A stretch of 43,548 nucleotides of DNA from Chrysochromulina tobinii (taxonomy: Eukaryota): assembly GCA_001275005.1 (NCBI GenBank), contig JWZX01003002.1:1-43548 (forward strand), read 5' to 3'. Under the pieces are notes generated by a model. The model did not search any database, had not been told where the DNA came from, and saw only the letters and a list, made by a program, of their open reading frames with translations. Position numbers and translations under genes: made by a program. Each line of letters starts with the position of its first letter. Positions within the stretch are counted from its first letter, which is position 1. Positions 40,613-43,548 of the stretch are shown piece after piece.

Positions 40613-41680
40613 CTAGTGTGACACGGGTCGAGGATACGGGCTCTTCGTCGTCCACGGCGCGTCCGTGCCCGACCAGCACTTGACGGGTTCTTCGGCGCTG
40701 GCCGCCGTGCTGGATCCCCGCGCAGCCTTTCGGCCTTTGGATGATGCCATGCCCAAATCCTCGGGGATTCTCGCCGGGCGTCCGCATCGCTGCTGCAGCC
40801 GCAACGTTGCGGAGCCATTCACGTACTGCCCGTACACTGGATGCTCGTGCATGTAGAAGAGGACGTTCACCTTCTTGTGCGAGGGGTGGTTGTAAAACGG
40901 ATCCAACCCAGCTTTGCGAATGGTGTGTGTATCGAGGTGTGCGGCGGCGATGCTCTGTACCACCACCGCGCTCGGGTGGCCCGGGAAGCGCTCACACACG
41001 AGCGAGACCCACAAGTGCATGAGCGCCGTGTCCGTGCTCAGCCGCTCGTCTGGGATGCTGTCGAGAATGTCCCACAGCACCTCGTACGCCTCTGGCCGTG
41101 AAATGTGTAATCGTTCAATCGAGGGCACCATGTAGGCGACGCAGTCCGCTGTGAAAGCTCCGTGCGCGCGAACGCCGGTGCCGGAGCGCTTGGCGCGTGT
41201 TGCGCCAATGACTGACGGTTGAAGGATGAACGCCCCGGTATGTGCGAGCCATCGGTCGACGGCCGAAAGCGAAAAGCCAAAGGCAGGGCTGAGTTGCACG
41301 TCGTTGTCCAGGATGAAGATGCGATCGTAGTTGCGGGTGAGCTGGGGAACGAGTATGCGCTTCCAGAAGACAGTCATGTATCCTGGCACGTGGGAGACGG
41401 CGACATAGCGATGGCTCGGCATGCACGAGGAGTTGCGATCGTAAATGTTGAGCCTGACGTGGAAGTGAGGACCTGCAAACTGGTCTACGAATTTTTGCGT
41501 GGCAGCCCGACCGACGTCGTCGCCATTGCAAGGAAGGGCAATACCCGCAAGCCAGCGGGAGCGCCTCGGCGATGCAGTGGCGTCAAGCGCAGCCTGGTCT
41601 CTTTCGGCTAGACGGCGCTCGATAAGGCCGAGGTGTGCGTGTGCTCGTGGAGCCACTCCGCTGGCAGGTCTCATGCTCAT
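40613..41680 (-). CDS. DUF707-like putative glycosyltransferase
   Basis: FWKRILVPQL..YDRIFILDNDV (DxD-like), ILQPSV and HLDTHTI motifs. Start codon uncertain. Confidence 0.55.
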   Translation of the reverse strand: MSMRPASGVAPRAHAHLGLIERRLAERDQAALDATASPRRSRWLAGIALPCNGDDVGRAATQKFVDQFAGPHFHVRLNIYDRNSSCMPSHRYVAVSHVPGYMTVFWKRILVPQLTRNYDRIFILDNDVQLSPAFGFSLSAVDRWLAHTGAFILQPSVIGATRAKRSGTGVRAHGAFTADCVAYMVPSIERLHISRPEAYEVLWDILDSIPDERLSTDTALMHLWVSLVCERFPGHPSAVVVQSIAAAHLDTHTIRKAGLDPFYNHPSHKKVNVLFYMHEHPVYGQYVNGSATLRLQQRCGRPARIPEDLGMASSKGRKAARGSSTAASAEEPVKCWSGTDAPWTTKSPYPRPVSH

Positions 41681-42075
41681 GCCGGTGCTGCTGTGGAGCA
41701 CGCTGCCGCGTCCGTGAAACGCGCGATCCGCGCGCGGATGATGTGAAACGTAAAGAACCGCGGACCGGAGTCCGTATAGACTGCGCGGGACGACAAGACG
41801 CAAAAGTGAAAACTTGGCGCGTTTTCTCGGGCGCCGACTTCGAAAACCGTCAAGACGTCGAAAAAGTGGTAAGTTCGCACCGCGATGTTTCTAGTTTGAT
41901 CTTACCACAACCCAATCCACAGACGAAATGCACCTTCATCAAGCCGTGGTGCGCGAGTTCCACAATCAAGGAACCATCAGGTGGGAACCATCATCCCAGC
42001 GACGAGAGCGAGCAGGTGTCAATAGCTCAGTACTCATATGAGGTGACCTCCGCTCACGGCTCACTGCTCACGCGG

Positions 42076-43548
42076 TCACGCCGCCGCATCCTTGAGCCGC
42101 TCCCGTTCGGCTTCGTACTTCCTCTGGTAAGGGGCCTTGGCCTCGTCGCTCAGGGCCCTCCACTGTGCACCGAGCACCTTGGCCAGCCCGGCGACGTCCA
42201 CGTCCGGGTTGGCCAGGCGGGCCACGTCACGCACCGCCGGGTCGAGTGCGTAGTTCAAGTAGGCGGTCTGCGCCCGCGTGGGCTTGACTGTCGTGGATGC
42301 CGTCTGCGCGCGCGGGCTCTTGGCTGGAGGCTTCGTAGCCTTGGACGCGGCGCGTGCGGAGCCAGCCTTTTTGGCCGCTCCCGTTTTCGCCGATCCCGTT
42401 TTGGAGGGTGGCGCTGCCTTGGGGATTGCACCAGCGCGGCTCCGCGCGCTCGCGATCGCCGCCTTCTTCTCGGCGGCCGCGGCGCGCTTCTTGGCGTCCC
42501 TTGCCATCTTGGCGTCCAGGAGCGCGCTCGCCGAGGCCACGTCAGCGTCCCAGAAGGAGACGGATCGGGGCAGGCTCGCCATCAAGTATGGTGGCGCACC
42601 CTCCCCGCCCTCCGCGCCCTCCGCCGCCTCTGAGCCCTCCTCGTCCTGCGTCGTCACCGACGCCTCGCCCGCCGCGTGCGCGCCCTGGAGCATCACATAC
42701 GGGCCAAACCGGCCCAAATGCAGCGAGATCTCGTGGCCGAGGTTGGGGTGCGGCCCGAGGCTCAGGGGCAGCGAGAGCAGCCGCTCCGCCATCGCCATGC
42801 TCAGGTTGGCGGGCGAGGTGCCTGGCGGAAGGGAGGAGCGCTTGTGCGGCACCAGATGGCGCAGATCCTTTGCTTGCAGCAGCCGCGCAATCAACTCGGG
42901 CTTGCGGCCGCTCGAGCTCATCTGTCGCCGTTCAAGCTCCTCACGCAGTTGCACCATCTTGAGCGCCTTGACGTCAGGCGCGGGGGGGAGCTGCAACTGC
43001 TCGTGCGTCACGTTGCCGCCGAGCTGGACGTACCATCCTACCGGCCCATTGCGAACGCTCACCTCGAGTCCCGCCCATTGGCCGTCCTCCCCCGCAGCCG
43101 GGCTGCCCGCCGGCAGCAACCCGAGGGCGAGCTTATCTGGGGTCGGCGGCGCCCCGTCGGCCGCGCCGTCCACACCGGGCATGCGCGGGCGCGTGGTCCA
43201 GCCGCACGACGGGTACTCGCTGCAGCCCACAAACGGCCCAAATCGCGAGAACTTGAGCACCATGTGGCCGGTCCCGCAGCTCGGGCATGGGCGTGAGACT
43301 CGGGCTGCAGTGCCCACAGACGCTCCATTTCGCACAGTGGTCTGTAGGGCCCCATGAACCTCCGTGATGACGGAGGCGGCGGTGGCAGCGGCGGCGGTGC
43401 CGACAGCGGCGGCGACGGTGGCGGCAACGGTGGTGGCGGTGAGTATGGGGGAGGCCATCGGATGGCTTCCGCCGACCGCCGCTGGGAGCGTCGGCCATTC
43501 AAATAAGGCTGCGGCCGACACATCCGCCGCGCCGCCCGCGCCGCCCGC
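42076..43548 (-). CDS. C-terminal part of a bacterial-type DNA topoisomerase IA (TopA-like) with C4 zinc ribbon, Topo C-terminal repeats, SAP domain and HMG box; 5' end outside window
   Basis: CPSCGTGHMVLKFSRFGPFVGCSEYPSC; VRNGPVGWYVQLG; LLSLPLSLGPHP...GRFGPYV. SAP: LKMVQLREELERRQMSSSGRKPELIARL. HMG: PTRAQTAYLNY...LGAQWRALSDEAKAPY. The frame is open to the window end. Confidence 0.8.
   Translation of the reverse strand, partial: AGGAGGAADVSAAALFEWPTLPAAVGGSHPMASPILTATTVAATVAAAVGTAAAATAASVITEVHGALQTTVRNGASVGTAARVSRPCPSCGTGHMVLKFSRFGPFVGCSEYPSCGWTTRPRMPGVDGAADGAPPTPDKLALGLLPAGSPAAGEDGQWAGLEVSVRNGPVGWYVQLGGNVTHEQLQLPPAPDVKALKMVQLREELERRQMSSSGRKPELIARLLQAKDLRHLVPHKRSSLPPGTSPANLSMAMAERLLSLPLSLGPHPNLGHEISLHLGRFGPYVMLQGAHAAGEASVTTQDEEGSEAAEGAEGGEGAPPYLMASLPRSVSFWDADVASASALLDAKMARDAKKRAAAAEKKAAIASARSRAGAIPKAAPPSKTGSAKTGAAKKAGSARAASKATKPPAKSPRAQTASTTVKPTRAQTAYLNYALDPAVRDVARLANPDVDVAGLAKVLGAQWRALSDEAKAPYQRKYEAERERLKDAAA

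Noticed and set aside
975..43357. Many long antisense or alternative-frame ORFs (e.g. 975-2213, 5348-6382, 41635-42633, 42278-43357)
   Set aside because: Shadow ORFs expected from high GC content opposite real genes.
13454..43548. PrimPol, Rad9, Ulp and TopA as a genome-maintenance cluster or viral insert
   Set aside because: They are interspersed with unrelated housekeeping genes, have host-like composition, and no viral hallmark genes are present.

Overview
GC-rich, gene-dense eukaryotic nuclear DNA with short GT-AG introns. It is most consistent with a haptophyte alga (Chrysochromulina-like). This is inference from a bipartite plastid presequence on DXR, CDDGG cysteine repeats and CTGATTGCC-repeat introns. 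About 20 protein genes are supportable: FkbM methyltransferase fusion, PFK-2/FBPase-2, DXR, CmcI-type methyltransferase, a 5-exon EF-hand protein, PrimPol, an esterase-CYTH fusion, GT47, GT31, a small spliced PGPGAY-repeat gene missing from the ORF track, a glutaredoxin-like/Sel1 protein, a small signal-peptide protein, LSm2, Rad9, a Ulp/SENP-SAM protein, a pseudouridine synthase-phytochelatin synthase fusion, a 2H phosphoesterase-IQ protein, a DUF707-like protein and the 3' part of a bacterial-type topoisomerase IA with SAP and HMG domains. The most notable signals are: (i) introns built from copies of their own flanking exons plus a shared CTGATTGCC repeat, one with an internal AG|GT site; (ii) several unusual uninterrupted domain fusions; (iii) two apparent pseudo-enzyme domains; (iv) a recurrent 22-nt promoter-proximal motif and two perfect inverted repeats. 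No rRNA, tRNA, CRISPR array or intact transposase was seen. All family assignments come from motif recognition by eye, not database searches.
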